Below, piece by piece: positions 63,436 to 64,000 of a DNA stretch of 64,000 nt (position 1 is the first letter of the stretch; each line of letters begins with the position of its first letter). The DNA lies in contig CAXXGO010000001.1 of the NCBI GenBank assembly GCA_963666835.2, forward strand, positions 736,001-800,000, given 5' to 3'. The translations under genes were made by a program, and so were the position numbers. The notes beneath the pieces are model-generated. The model searched no databases. It worked only from the letters and a program-made list of their open reading frames with translations, and had not been told where the DNA came from. The stretch is from Phycisphaerae bacterium (GTDB taxonomy: Bacteria > Planctomycetota > Phycisphaerae > UBA1845).

Positions 63436-63854
63436 GACTTCTCCGGGATAGGAGCCGAACCGCCCAACCGGACGGCGTAAGCCGTGTCCACAAACAGGAA
63501 GACTACGTAGCTTATCGCTACCCAAAGCAACAACGGACCGCGCTCGAACCAACCGCTCAGGACAACCGCCACCGCCAACAATGCAACGACCGCAAGCCGC
63601 AGAGCCGTCGCCAGGAGCACGGCGTTCGGCATTACCCGGGCCGGTCGGCCGGCCGCCCGCAAGATCGGGATCACTCCCACCAGGCTGCCGAGGGCGCTTA
63701 TCGAACACCCCGCGATCATTGCCGGTAGCGCGTCGGCTCCTCCCACGCGTCTGGTCGGAACGTATCCGACTGCCATCAAGATGACAGCACAAACGACCAC
63801 CAAGGCCGCCAGTCGCAAGGCATGTCCGATAGCCGGAAAACGGTTGTCCGTCAT
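63432..63854 (-). CDS. atpI: ATP synthase protein I-like four-TM protein
   Basis: Four hydrophobic segments; overlaps the atpB start. Confidence 0.65.
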   Translation of the reverse strand: MTDNRFPAIGHALRLAALVVVCAVILMAVGYVPTRRVGGADALPAMIAGCSISALGSLVGVIPILRAAGRPARVMPNAVLLATALRLAVVALLAVAVVLSGWFERGPLLLWVAISYVVFLFVDTAYAVRLGGSAPIPEKS

Positions 63855-64000
63855 CTCTCCTTATCGTCCGAATCTGTGGACGCGTCCTGTTGGGCGGCTT
63901 CCCTAGTCGCCGCCAGCGCCTCGCGGATCAAGTTGTATCCGCCGCCGACTATTCCAAGCCCCGCGCCAATCAGCAGGCCCAGCCGGTCGTTACCGTAGTG
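63851..64000 (-). CDS. AtpZ/AtpI-family protein, 3' part (truncated by the window edge)
   Basis: ...YGNDRLGLLIGAGLGIVGGGYNLIRE...*; ATGA overlap with the next gene. Confidence 0.7.
   Translation of the reverse strand, partial: HYGNDRLGLLIGAGLGIVGGGYNLIREALAATREAAQQDASTDSDDKER

Overview
GC-rich bacterial chromosomal window, most likely Planctomycetota (Phycisphaerae-like). This is inferred from the CxxCGYNLTGL zinc-ribbon membrane protein, prepilin-type genes, giant secreted Cys-rich cohesin/dockerin-like proteins and an insertion in AtpA. Housekeeping content: a nearly complete F1Fo ATP synthase operon (atpZ-I-B-E-F-H-A-G-D-C, minus strand), etfB-etfA-acyl-CoA dehydrogenase, gdhA, trpF, sucC and a CDF transporter. 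Accessory content: four very large secreted proteins ending in dockerin-like motifs (two form a tandem duplicate; one is split by an IS1595 element with an 8-bp target duplication), two GT2 + GT-C-type glycosyltransferase pairs, a three-gene pseudopilin cassette, tandem trypsin-like lipoproteins, an IS1182 element, a RAYT pseudogene, and dense mosaics of several GTAG/GTGG-headed REP-like palindromes. Best candidates for undescribed systems: (1) gdhA followed by two dikinase-like ATP-grasp/His proteins that lack an acceptor domain, one fused to a GAF-like and a nucleotidyltransferase domain, plus a convergent metallophosphoesterase; (2) a lipoprotein displaying four DP(F/Y)xFGFK motifs in acidic inserts; (3) two unannotated small hydrophobic peptides upstream of a glycosylation pair; (4) the cohesin/dockerin-like protein set. 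All family calls come from motif recognition by eye; no searches were run.
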